64,000 nt of DNA from Myxococcota bacterium. GTDB taxonomy: Bacteria; Myxococcota_A; UBA9042; PHBI01; JAWLBL01. The notes under the pieces were generated by a model. That model ran no database searches, was not told where the DNA came from, and was given only the letters and a program-made list of their open reading frames with translations. Shown here piece by piece: positions 7,609 to 16,892 of this stretch. The stretch lies in assembly GCA_041687695.1 (NCBI GenBank), contig JAWLBL010000004.1:192001-256000 (forward strand), in the 5' to 3' direction. The translations under genes and the position numbers were made by a program. How positions within the stretch are numbered: position 1 is the first letter of the stretch; each line of letters opens with the position of its first letter.

Positions 7609-8652
7609 ATGGACCTGCCCGGCTACCAGCTCGACGCGCTCCGCGTCCACCCCGGCCTCGTGCTCGCGCCCATGAGCGGCGTCACCGACTCGCCCTTTCG
7701 CCGCTTGGTCAAGGCGGCCAGCGGCGACGCCGTGGGCCTCGTCGTCAGCGAGTTCCTCTCGATCGAGGCGCTCACCCGCCGCGAGCTGCGCAGCATGGTC
7801 CGGCTGGCCTTCCACCCCGAGGAGCGGCCCGTCGGCATCCAGATCTTCGGCGCCGACCCGGTCAAGATGGCCGAGGCCGCCAAGATCGTCGAGGACGCCG
7901 GCGCGGATCTGGTCGACATCAACTGCGGCTGCCCGGCTCCCAAGGTCGTCAAGCGCGGCGGCGGCGCCGGCCTCCTCCGCACCCTGCCGGCGCTGGCCGA
8001 CATCCTGCGCGCCGTGGTCCCGGCGGTCTCGATCCCCGTCACCATCAAGATCCGCAACGGCTGGGACGAGCACACCATCAACGCCCACGACACCCTCGAG
8101 CTGGCGCAGGACTTCGGCGCGCGCGCGGTCGCGATCCACGGCCGCACCCGGATGCAGCTCTACCGCGGCGAGGCCGACTGGGACATCGTCGGCGCGCTCA
8201 AGCAGGCCTCGCGGCTGCCCATCATCGGCTCCGGCGACATCGCGACGCCCGCCGACGCCCGCCGGCGCCTGGCCGACACGGGCTGCGACGGCGTCATGGT
8301 CGGCCGGGGCGCCATCATGAACCCCTGGATCTTCCGCCAGGTCGCCGACGAGCTGGCCGGCCGCGCGCCCACGGTGCCGACCTGGCGCGACAAGATCGCG
8401 CTCCTCGAGCGCTACCGCCAGATGCTGACCGAGATCTACCCGCCCAAGGTCCTGCCGGGCCGGATGCGGATGATGCTCTCGCGCCTCATCAAGGGCTTCC
8501 CGGGCGCGGCCGAGGTCCGCCTGACCTGCGTCAAGATGGACGCGCCCGAGGCGATGCTGGCCACGCTGTCCGAGGCCTGCGAGCGCCTCGAGATCCTGGA
8601 CGCGCCGGCCGTCAGCGTAGACCCGCGCGCCGGCGTCGCCGAGGCGGCCTGA
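7609..8652 (+). CDS. dusB: tRNA-dihydrouridine synthase, DusB-like
   Basis: LAPMSGVTDSPFR, QIFG, DINCGCP, GGGAGLL, VTIKIR, IHGRT, GSGDI and GVMVGRGA motifs. Confidence 0.92.
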   Translation: MDLPGYQLDALRVHPGLVLAPMSGVTDSPFRRLVKAASGDAVGLVVSEFLSIEALTRRELRSMVRLAFHPEERPVGIQIFGADPVKMAEAAKIVEDAGADLVDINCGCPAPKVVKRGGGAGLLRTLPALADILRAVVPAVSIPVTIKIRNGWDEHTINAHDTLELAQDFGARAVAIHGRTRMQLYRGEADWDIVGALKQASRLPIIGSGDIATPADARRRLADTGCDGVMVGRGAIMNPWIFRQVADELAGRAPTVPTWRDKIALLERYRQMLTEIYPPKVLPGRMRMMLSRLIKGFPGAAEVRLTCVKMDAPEAMLATLSEACERLEILDAPAVSVDPRAGVAEAA

Positions 8653-8660
8653 GGGGCGCG

Positions 8661-9281
8661 TCAGACGGTCTTGGCCGCCGTCTTGCCCTTGGCGGCGCGG
8701 CGCTGGGTCAGCCAGCGCGCGGCGGCGACGCCGGCGACGAAGCCGAACAGGTGGGCCTCCCACGAGATGCGCGGATCGCTGGGCAGCACGCCCCAGATGA
8801 GCCCGCCGTAGGCGAAGCCGACCGCGACGGCGACCACGATGGCCTTGAGGCTGCGCTCGAACAGGCCGAGCCCGAGCAGGTAGCCCAGGTAGCCGAAGAT
8901 GACGCCGCTGGCGCCGATGTGGACCGCCATGCGCGCGAAGACCCACACGCCCAGGCCGCCGACCACGGTGATGAGCAGGCTCGCCAGGAAGAACTCGCCG
9001 CGGCCGCGGGTCAGGATGAGCCACCCGAGGACGGCGAAGGGGACGGTGTTGCTGGCGAGGTGGGCGAAGTCGCCGTGCAGGAAGGGCGCGGCCAGGATGC
9101 CGGTCAGCCCGTCGAGGTCGCGCGGGACGATGCCGAAGGCGTCGAGGGCGCTGGACAGGATCAGCTGGTCGACGATCTCGAGCACCCAGAACACCGCGAC
9201 GATGCTGCCGATGAGCGTCAGCTGGGCGCGGAGCGAGTTGTCCTCGGCGGGGGCGGGGCGCGAGCGCGGCTGGACGGTCAT
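8661..9281 (-). CDS. Rhomboid family intramembrane serine protease
   Basis: APFLHGDFAHLASN, HIGASG (catalytic Ser) and SWEAHLFG (catalytic His); GGAG SD before ATG 9281. Confidence 0.9.
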   Translation of the reverse strand: MTVQPRSRPAPAEDNSLRAQLTLIGSIVAVFWVLEIVDQLILSSALDAFGIVPRDLDGLTGILAAPFLHGDFAHLASNTVPFAVLGWLILTRGRGEFFLASLLITVVGGLGVWVFARMAVHIGASGVIFGYLGYLLGLGLFERSLKAIVVAVAVGFAYGGLIWGVLPSDPRISWEAHLFGFVAGVAAARWLTQRRAAKGKTAAKTV

Positions 9282-9421
9282 GGGCGGCTCCTGGGTGGCC
9301 GGGGTGAGGGTGGGGCCGAGACCATAAACCGCCTCGGGGGCCGCGGCCATCCTGTCGCCGGGCGCTCGCGCGGTGGGTTGCGGTTGTCCGGGGGCCGGCG
9401 GGTGGCTAACGTGCGCCGCCT

Positions 9422-11056
9422 ATGGCCGCCTCCGCCCCGTCCGAGCGCCTCAACTACCTGGTCCCGAACGAGCCTCGGTGGCCCATCGATCCGGCCCGCC
9501 CGGTCATCGAGCTGCGCGGCGTCCAAAAGCGTTTCGGCGACGCGGTGGTGCTCGACGGGCTGGATCTGGCGGTCGAGACGGGCAAGACGACGGTCGTCGC
9601 CGGTCAGTCCGGTTCGGGCAAGTCGGTCCTGCTCAAGCTGATGAACGGCCTGCTGCTGCCCGACGAGGGGCAGGTGCTGCTGTTCGGCGAGGACACGCGC
9701 CAGGTCCCGCTGACGCGCCTGCTCGAGCTGCGCAAGCGCGTGACGATGATGTTCCAGAACTACGCGCTGATGGACTCGCTGACCGTCTCGCAGAACATCG
9801 GCTTCCCGCTGTACGTGAACGGCTCGATGCGCTGGCGCGAGATCCAGCCGCTGGTCGACGAGCTGCTCGAGCTGCTCGATCTGCAGGGCGCCGGAGGCAA
9901 GATGCCGTCGGAGCTGTCGGGCGGCATGAAGAAGCGCGTGAGCCTGGCCCGCGCGGTGGTCTCCAACCCCGAGGTCGTGCTGTTCGACGAGCCGACGACC
10001 GGCCTCGACCCGGTGATGATCGAGTTCGTCGACCAGCTCATCCGCCGGACGCGCGAGCGCTACGGCATCACCTCGGTCATCATCTCCCACGACACGACGT
10101 CGATCCTCGGGCTCGCCGACCGGCTGGCCATGCTCGAGCACGGCCGCATCCAGACCCTCGGCTCCGTCGACGAGGTCCGCGCGACGGGCGAGCCGCTGGT
10201 CGAGGCCTTCTTCGGCGGCGCCGGACGTCGCCTGACGGCCGGAGAGTCGGCGACCGAGGCCGAAGCGGCCGCGCGACGGGCCGAGGTCGAGCCGGCCGTC
10301 GAGGTGGTCGACCTGTACAAGAGCTTCGGCCCACACCAGGTGCTCCGCGGCGTCGACCTGAGCATCCCGAAGAACCGGATCACCGTCCTCATCGGCGGCT
10401 CCGGCAGCGGCAAGTCCGTGATCATGAAGCACATCATCGGCATCTTCAAACCCGACCGGGGGCAGGTGCTGGTGTTCGGCCGCGACATCACGCAGCTCGA
10501 CGACGCGGCGCTGCTCAAGCTCCGGACCCACTTCGGGATGCTCTTCCAGGGGGCGGCCCTGCTCGACGGCATGACCGTCGCCGAGAACGTGTCCTTCCCG
10601 CTCAAGGAGCGCGGGCTCGCGGCCGGCGAGGTGCGGGATCGCACGGCTCAGATCCTGGACCAGCTGAAGCTGACCGGCATCGCCAAGCGCTACCCGGCCG
10701 ACATTTCGAACGGCCAGAAGAAGCGCGTCGGCCTGGCCCGCGCCATCGTCACGCAGCCGCGCATCATGATCTACGACGAGCCGACGACCGGGCAGGACCC
10801 GGTGATGACGCGCTACGTCGACGACATGATCGTCGAGGCCCAGGAGCTGTTCGACATCACCAGCATCGTCGTCAGCCACGACATGGCGTCGACCTTCCGC
10901 GTCGCCCACCAGGTCGCGATGCTCTACAGGGGCGAGATCCGCGCCGTCGGCACGCCCGACGAGGTGCGCGCCAGCCCCGACCCGCAGGTGCGCCGCTTCA
11001 TCTTCGCCGGCACCCCCGAGGGCGACGCCGCCGCGCGCGAGCTGGGCGAGGCCTGA
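9422..11056 (+). CDS. Tandem (two-domain) MlaF/Mkl-like ABC ATPase
   Basis: Two Walker A motifs (GQSGSGKS, GGSGSGKS), signatures LSGGMKKRV and ISNGQKKRV, DEPTTG twice, SHD twice. Confidence 0.88.
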   Translation: MAASAPSERLNYLVPNEPRWPIDPARPVIELRGVQKRFGDAVVLDGLDLAVETGKTTVVAGQSGSGKSVLLKLMNGLLLPDEGQVLLFGEDTRQVPLTRLLELRKRVTMMFQNYALMDSLTVSQNIGFPLYVNGSMRWREIQPLVDELLELLDLQGAGGKMPSELSGGMKKRVSLARAVVSNPEVVLFDEPTTGLDPVMIEFVDQLIRRTRERYGITSVIISHDTTSILGLADRLAMLEHGRIQTLGSVDEVRATGEPLVEAFFGGAGRRLTAGESATEAEAAARRAEVEPAVEVVDLYKSFGPHQVLRGVDLSIPKNRITVLIGGSGSGKSVIMKHIIGIFKPDRGQVLVFGRDITQLDDAALLKLRTHFGMLFQGAALLDGMTVAENVSFPLKERGLAAGEVRDRTAQILDQLKLTGIAKRYPADISNGQKKRVGLARAIVTQPRIMIYDEPTTGQDPVMTRYVDDMIVEAQELFDITSIVVSHDMASTFRVAHQVAMLYRGEIRAVGTPDEVRASPDPQVRRFIFAGTPEGDAAARELGEA

Positions 11057-11198
11057 CGACGCCGGCCCCAACCCGGCGACACCCGACGCACAAGGTGACC
11101 CGGCCCCCGAGACGTGCTAGCAAGCCCGCCGGACGGAATAGCGGCCGCGGCGCTTCGCGTTGCTGACGGCTCGCGGAACCGGTCAGGAGTCGACCCGC

Positions 11199-12131
11199 AT
11201 GGTGCCCTACATCGACATCCCCTCGTACGACCTCGGCCCGCTGACGCTGCACCCCTTCGGGTTCCTCGTCGGCCTCGCCATCGTGCTCGGCACCATCGTC
11301 TCCGACCGACGCACGGCGCAGGTCGGGCTCGACACCCGCGTGTCGGCCGACGTCGCCCTGTGGGCCGTCATCCCGGGCTTCATCGTCGCCCACCTGTACT
11401 CGGTCATCTTCTACTTCCCCGAGAAGATCCTGGCCGACCCGCTGGTCCTGCTGAAGTTCTGGGAGGGCATCAGCTCCTTCGGCGGCTTCCTCGGCGGCGC
11501 GGGCGGCGTCATCGCCTACTTCAAGATCAAGAAGATCCCGTTCTGGCCGTACGCCGACTGCATCATCTACGGCTTCGCCTTCGCCTGGATCTTCGGACGC
11601 CTCGGCTGCACCGTCGCCCACGACCACCCGGGCATCCCGACCGACTTCTTCCTGGCCGTGAACTACCCGGCGACGCCCGAATACCCCGCGGGACCTCGCC
11701 ACGACCTGGGCTTTTACGAGTTCCTGTGGGCCATCGCCCTGTCGGCCTACTTCTACTCGCAGCGCCTCAAGCCCAAGTTCACCGGCTGGTACCTGGCGAC
11801 CTTCGTCATCGCCTACATGCCCATCCGCTTCCTGTTCGACTTCCTGCGCACGGCCGACATGCGCTACTTCGCGACCGTCGACGGTCAGCTCGTCCTGGCG
11901 CTCGACTCCAAGGCGCTGACCAGCGAGACGGTCGGCTTCGTCGGCTTCACGGCCGGCCAGTTCGCCGCGTTCGTGCTGTTCTTCGTGGGCATCTGGATGT
12001 GGCGCTACCGCTCGCGGGTCGGCGAGCTGCTGGTCCCCGACGGGCAGCCGCACCGCTTCGCCGACGGCACCCTCGCCAAGCCGGCGACCGCCGGGGGCGG
12101 GGCCGCCGCGAAGACGCGCAAGGCGCGCTGA
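11199..12131 (+). CDS. lgt: Prolipoprotein diacylglyceryl transferase
   Basis: GISSFGGFLG, FGRLGC, RHDLGFYE and RFLFDFLR motifs; AGGAG SD before ATG 11199. Confidence 0.88.
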   Translation: MVPYIDIPSYDLGPLTLHPFGFLVGLAIVLGTIVSDRRTAQVGLDTRVSADVALWAVIPGFIVAHLYSVIFYFPEKILADPLVLLKFWEGISSFGGFLGGAGGVIAYFKIKKIPFWPYADCIIYGFAFAWIFGRLGCTVAHDHPGIPTDFFLAVNYPATPEYPAGPRHDLGFYEFLWAIALSAYFYSQRLKPKFTGWYLATFVIAYMPIRFLFDFLRTADMRYFATVDGQLVLALDSKALTSETVGFVGFTAGQFAAFVLFFVGIWMWRYRSRVGELLVPDGQPHRFADGTLAKPATAGGGAAAKTRKAR

Positions 12132-12161
12132 GGCGCCAGGACGCGCCAGGCGCGCCGAGGC

Positions 12162-13295
12162 TCAGAAGCGGGCGGGTGAGAAGGCCGCGTCGAAGGGCGC
12201 GGCCGGTGCGCCGCGGGTCACGACGTCCGCGCCCAGCTCGCCCACGGCGGCCGACGTCGTCATGCCGTGGCCGCCCAGGCCCACGACCCAGGCCAGCCCG
12301 GCGAGGGTCGGGTCGCGGCCGACGATGAAGCGGCCGTCGGGCGTCATCGTGCGCAGGCCGGCCCACGAGCGCGTCGGCCGCACCCCCGCCAGGGCCGGGA
12401 CGTGGCGCGAGAACTTGTCGGCGAGCCGCTCGCGCTCGGTGGGGTCGACCGTCGGGAAGCGGGTCGAGTCCTCCGGCCAGCGCTCGCACGGCCAGGCGGT
12501 CTCGTCGCAGGCGCACAGCACGAAGCCCGGGCCCTCGGGGCGGAAGTACAGCCCGTGGGTGACGTCCCAGACGAAGGGCCAGCCGTGGTGCGGCGCCTCG
12601 AAGGCGGCCGTCGCGTGCAGGTGGCGCCGCACCGGGGTCAGGGGCAGGGGGGCGGCCCCGGCCAGCCGGGCGATCGCGTCGGCGGCGAAGCCCGCGGCGA
12701 CGACCAGGGCGTCGCAGGCCAGGGGGCCGGTGGTCGTCTGGACCCCCTGGACGCGACCGCCGGCGAGGTCGACCGCCGTGACCCGCGCGCCGTAGCGCAC
12801 GCGGGCGCCGCCGCGCCGGGCGACGGCCAGGTAGGCGGTCAGCAGGGCGTGGATGTCCGACACCCCGCAGGTCGGGCTGAACAGGCCAGCCTCGGCCGAG
12901 GCGCCGTCCAACACGGGCCAGCGGCGGGTCAGGGCGCCACGCGAGAGCCGCTCGAGCCCCTCGGGGCGGCGCGGGGCGGCCTCGGCGGCGGCGGCGAGGG
13001 TGTCGATGGCCGCGGCGTCGCCCAGCAGCAGGCCCCCGCGCCGATCGCGCAGCGTGAGGCCCTCGTCGACCTCGAGCGCGTCGATGAGCGCGACCGACCA
13101 GGTCGCGAGGTGGGTCATCAGCGGATCCTCGATGACCCGGCGGACCATCGCGGCGTTGCGGCCCGAGGCGTGCAGGCCGGGGATGGGCTCGGCCTCGACC
13201 AGCACGACGTCCCGGACGCCGCGCCGCGCGAGCGCCGCCGCCGTCGCCGCCCCGGCGAAGCCTGCCCCGATGATGACGACGTCCGCGCGCTCGAT
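12162..13295 (-). CDS. FAD-dependent oxidoreductase, DAO/DadA/sarcosine-oxidase-beta family
   Basis: The GAGFAG Rossmann motif lies upstream of the track start (13205); also SGRNAAM, WAGLRTMTPDG and GGHGMTTS. Start probably at ATC 13295 (see findings). Confidence 0.85.
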   Translation of the reverse strand: MERADVVIIGAGFAGAATAAALARRGVRDVVLVEAEPIPGLHASGRNAAMVRRVIEDPLMTHLATWSVALIDALEVDEGLTLRDRRGGLLLGDAAAIDTLAAAAEAAPRRPEGLERLSRGALTRRWPVLDGASAEAGLFSPTCGVSDIHALLTAYLAVARRGGARVRYGARVTAVDLAGGRVQGVQTTTGPLACDALVVAAGFAADAIARLAGAAPLPLTPVRRHLHATAAFEAPHHGWPFVWDVTHGLYFRPEGPGFVLCACDETAWPCERWPEDSTRFPTVDPTERERLADKFSRHVPALAGVRPTRSWAGLRTMTPDGRFIVGRDPTLAGLAWVVGLGGHGMTTSAAVGELGADVVTRGAPAAPFDAAFSPARF

Positions 13296-13436
13296 GGCTC
13301 GGCTCCCTCGGCGAGGTCGAATGCGCAGGACTTCTAACGGGTCGGCCCCCGTCGGGCAAGGACGCAGGTCGCCCGCTCGGCGGTCGGCCGGCGGCCGGTT
13401 TCATCGGCGCCGGCCCCTGTGCTAGGCTCGTCCGCC

Positions 13437-14057
13437 ATGAACCCCATCACCACGCGCTCACTGATCGGGCCGCTCGCGGCCCTCGGCATCCTCTTTGCGG
13501 CGTCTACGGCCCTCGCGGGCGACGACGGGGCCAGGGCCGGCAACACGCCCAAGGAGCGGCTCGCCCGGGGTGAGGTCGTGATCTCGACCAAGAAGGTCGC
13601 CGGCAGCGACATCCCGTCGATGAAGGCGATGGCGGTCATCGACGCGCCGGCCGAGCGGCTGTGGAAGATCGTGGACGACTGCGCGAACTACAAGAAGACG
13701 ATGCCGCGCATCGTGGCCAGCGAGGAGGTCTCGCGCAAGGGCAACAAGGTGCGCTGCAAGACCACGCTGGAGATGCCGTTCCCGCTCGACAACCTGACCG
13801 CGACGACCGAGGCCACCCTGACCGTGCAGCCCGGAAAGCAGTTCAAGCGCGCGTGGACGCTGGTCGAGGGCGACTTCAAGCGCAACACGGGCAGCTGGAC
13901 CCTGCTGCCCTACGAGGACGGCAAGAAGACGCTGGCCATCTACGAGGTCCACGCCGAGCCGAACATCGCGGTGCCGGACGCCATCCAGAAGGCGGCGCAG
14001 CGCAAGAGCGTGCCGCAGCTCTTCGAGCGGCTGCGCAAGCAGGTCGAAGAGAAGTAG
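13437..14057 (+). CDS. Secreted SRPBCC/START (polyketide cyclase-like) domain protein
   Basis: Signal peptide; IDAPAERLWKIVDD..NYKKTMP and WTLVEGDFKRNTGSW patterns. Confidence 0.75.
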   Translation: MNPITTRSLIGPLAALGILFAASTALAGDDGARAGNTPKERLARGEVVISTKKVAGSDIPSMKAMAVIDAPAERLWKIVDDCANYKKTMPRIVASEEVSRKGNKVRCKTTLEMPFPLDNLTATTEATLTVQPGKQFKRAWTLVEGDFKRNTGSWTLLPYEDGKKTLAIYEVHAEPNIAVPDAIQKAAQRKSVPQLFERLRKQVEEK

Positions 14058-14074
14058 CTGGCGCGCCGCGGGCC

Positions 14075-14515
14075 TCAGCCCCACCAGGCGACGAGGCGCT
14101 CGCCGAAGGCCGCCAGGATCGAGAAGCGCACGACGCGACCGGCGAAGGCGATGGGGACCACGTGCAGCAGCGGCACCTGGAAGCCGGGCGCCAACGCGAC
14201 CAGGGCGATGACCGGGGGCACGCCCAGGATGGCGGCGACGCCGCTGGCCGGCAGGTAGGCGCGCTCGAGCCTCTCCTGGAAGCGGTCCCGCACCCGGACG
14301 ACCTGCCGGTCGAGCCAGGCCCAGCGCGTCATGGCCTGGGCCCCGCCGAAGTACAGCAGGACGTACATCGCCGTCTGCGCCGCGCCGATGAGCAGGCCGA
14401 CCGCCAGCGGGTGCCAGCCCAGCTGCGACCCGTAGAGGATGGCCGTCAGCTCGGCGTTCACCACCCAGAACACCGAGCCGACGAACCCGATCCCGAGCAG
14501 GCTGGCTAGCTCCAT
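14075..14515 (-). CDS. Small membrane protein, DedA/VTT-like
   Basis: Several hydrophobic segments; C-terminal GRVVRF resembles DedA/YqaA proteins. Confidence 0.6.
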   Translation of the reverse strand: MELASLLGIGFVGSVFWVVNAELTAILYGSQLGWHPLAVGLLIGAAQTAMYVLLYFGGAQAMTRWAWLDRQVVRVRDRFQERLERAYLPASGVAAILGVPPVIALVALAPGFQVPLLHVVPIAFAGRVVRFSILAAFGERLVAWWG

Positions 14516-14611
14516 GAAGCGGTCGGCCCCTGACGAAGGGGGCCGCGCAGGCGATGCCTGGCGGCCCCGGGTCTAGCCCTCGCGCGCGCCGGCGGCGGCC
14601 GGCGGTCGCGG

Positions 14612-15661
14612 CTACTTGCGGTTGATGGTGACCTTCTTGGTGCTGGCCAGCGCCTGGGCCTGCGCCTTCACCACCGCCTTGCAGCGGAACTCGTACACCT
14701 CTTGGATCGTGAAGGCGCCGACCCCCGGGATGGTGCCCGAGTCCCCCTGCTTCACGTTGTGGGCCTTGCCGCGGTTGAGCACCAGCGCGGTCGAGGCGCC
14801 CTGGGGGACGACCTGCACCACGGAGGCGCTGATGGGCCCGGTCGTGCTGGGCTTGTCGTCGACGCACTTGTCGTCGACGCACTTCTGACCGGCGCCGCAG
14901 GCCGGGTCGCAGCCCTTCTTGACCGGCTCGGGCTTGGCGATGCACTGGCCGCGGATGCAGCTCTCGTTCTTGTCGCACTTCTTGCCGTAGCAGGGGTCCT
15001 GCACGCACTCGTTCGACCGCGTGTTGCAGTACTCACCGCGCTTGCAGCCGCCCCCGCAGGGCTTTTCGCACTTGCCCTCGACGCACTCCCAGCCGCGGCG
15101 GCAGGCGGGCTTGCACTCCTTGACCTCGGGCTCGGGCTTGGCGATCTCGAAGCACTCGCCCTCTTTGCAGATCTCGTCGTCGTCGCACTCGACGTTGGCG
15201 CACGGGTCCTTGGGCTTGCTCGCCAGCGCGTAGCTGACCTTGTACGTCGACTGCCCCTTGGTCGCGTCCAGCTTCACCAGGTAGGTGACGCCGCCCTTGG
15301 CCTCGAAGACCAACGTGTAGTCGATGGTGTTCGGGCGGATGCCCGCGGCCGTGATCTGGCGGGCGCTGGTGTCGTAGATGGTCGCGTTGCCCGTCAGGCC
15401 GTGCGAGCCCTTGAAGGGGTCGCCGACGCGCAGCTTGACGGTGACCTTGCCGTCCTCCATCGGCGTGATGCTCTTCCAGTCGACCTTGTCGCCGCGGCCG
15501 TGGTTGAGCTCGTCCTCGATCTCGAGGTCCGACACGATGCGCATCGCGCTCTCGTGGGTGTCGTCGACGTCCTTGTAGGGCTGCGGGCAGCCGGCGAGTC
15601 CGAAGAGCCCGAGGCAGACGGCTGCGGTGAGAGCGGTACGGGCGAGGCGGCGGACGGTCAC
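14612..15661 (-). CDS. Lipoprotein with central Cys-rich repeats
   Basis: AAGGAG SD before GTG 15661; lipobox LAGC; repeated C-x3-C-x5-C-x4-C units. Confidence 0.75.
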   Translation of the reverse strand: MTVRRLARTALTAAVCLGLFGLAGCPQPYKDVDDTHESAMRIVSDLEIEDELNHGRGDKVDWKSITPMEDGKVTVKLRVGDPFKGSHGLTGNATIYDTSARQITAAGIRPNTIDYTLVFEAKGGVTYLVKLDATKGQSTYKVSYALASKPKDPCANVECDDDEICKEGECFEIAKPEPEVKECKPACRRGWECVEGKCEKPCGGGCKRGEYCNTRSNECVQDPCYGKKCDKNESCIRGQCIAKPEPVKKGCDPACGAGQKCVDDKCVDDKPSTTGPISASVVQVVPQGASTALVLNRGKAHNVKQGDSGTIPGVGAFTIQEVYEFRCKAVVKAQAQALASTKKVTINRK

Positions 15662-15889
15662 GAATCGAGCTCCTTGGGTCGGGACGCGGTCCCGGCAGGG
15701 ATACCACAGCTGCCGGGGTCGCGCCAACCGACGGAAAAGGCAGGCTTCAGCGTGGCGCCCGCCGTGGCGCCCGGCGGCGGGCCGAACACGGCTGACAGGC
15801 GCCGGGCCCTGTGTTAAGCACCCCGCGCCTGCGGCGGCCGACGGTTCCAACGATGGCCGCCCGCCTCAACCCGAGCGAGACGGCCTGCC

Positions 15890-16888
15890 ATGGAATACTC
15901 GGTCACCCTCATCCCCGGCGACGGCATCGGCCCCGAGGTCACGGAGGCCGCGGTCCGCGTCATCGAAGCGGTCGGCGTGCGCATCCTGTGGGACCGCGTC
16001 GAGGCCGGTCCGGGCGCGGTGGAGCGATACGGCAGCCCGCTGCCCGACCACGTCATCGACAGCATCAAGCAGCACCGCGTCGCCCTCAAGGGGCCCGTCA
16101 CCACCCCGGTGGGGCGCGGGTTCCGCAGCGTCAACGTGTCGCTGCGCCAGGCGCTCGACCTGTACGTCAGCCTGCGCCCGGTCGACACGCTGCCCGGCGT
16201 GAAGACGCATCACGAGGACGTCGACCTCGTCGTGTTCCGCGAGAACACCGAGGGCCTGTACGCCGGCATGGAGCACGAGCCCGTGCCCGGCGTCGTCGAG
16301 AGCCTGCGCATCATCACCGAGGAGGCCTCGCGCCGCTTCGCCCGCTTCGCCTACGAGTACTGCCGGTACGAGGGGCGCCGCAAGGTGCACCTCGTGCACA
16401 AGGCGTCCATCATGAAGCTGTCGGACGGGCTCTTCCTCGACACGGCGCGCGAGGTCGCCAGCGACTACCCGTACATCCAGACCGAGGACATCCTGACCGA
16501 CCGGCTGTGCATGGAGCTGGTCCTCGACCCGACGCAGTTCGACGTCCTCGTGATGGAGAACCTGTTCGGCGACCTCATGAGCGACCTGTGCGCGGGCCTC
16601 GTCGGCGGGCTCGGCCTCGTCCCGGGCGCCAACATCGGCGACAAGTACGCCGTCTTCGAGGCCGTCCACGGCAGCGCCCCCGACATCGCCGGGCGCGGCA
16701 TCGCCAACCCCATCGCCATCATCCGCTCGGCGGCCCTCATGCTGCGCCACATGGGCGAGCGCGAGGCGTCGCGCCGCGTCGAGCGCGCCGTCCGGACCGT
16801 CCTCGAGAAGGGCGAGCACCTGACGGGCGACCTCGGCGGCAAGGCCACGACGCGCCAGATCACCGACGCCATCATCGCGGAGCTCTGA
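15890..16888 (+). CDS. Isocitrate/isopropylmalate dehydrogenase family (NAD-IDH-like), paralogue 1
   Basis: IPGDGIGPEV, SVNVSLR, RENTEGLY, NLFGDLMSD and FEAVHGSAPDIAG motifs. Confidence 0.92.
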   Translation: MEYSVTLIPGDGIGPEVTEAAVRVIEAVGVRILWDRVEAGPGAVERYGSPLPDHVIDSIKQHRVALKGPVTTPVGRGFRSVNVSLRQALDLYVSLRPVDTLPGVKTHHEDVDLVVFRENTEGLYAGMEHEPVPGVVESLRIITEEASRRFARFAYEYCRYEGRRKVHLVHKASIMKLSDGLFLDTAREVASDYPYIQTEDILTDRLCMELVLDPTQFDVLVMENLFGDLMSDLCAGLVGGLGLVPGANIGDKYAVFEAVHGSAPDIAGRGIANPIAIIRSAALMLRHMGEREASRRVERAVRTVLEKGEHLTGDLGGKATTRQITDAIIAEL

Positions 16889-16892
16889 ACCC

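Noticed and set aside
4757..7675. Many short overlapping ORFs in the large gap
   Set aside because: Arg/Pro/Ser-rich, no recognisable domains, and none shows the codon regularity of the flanking genes.
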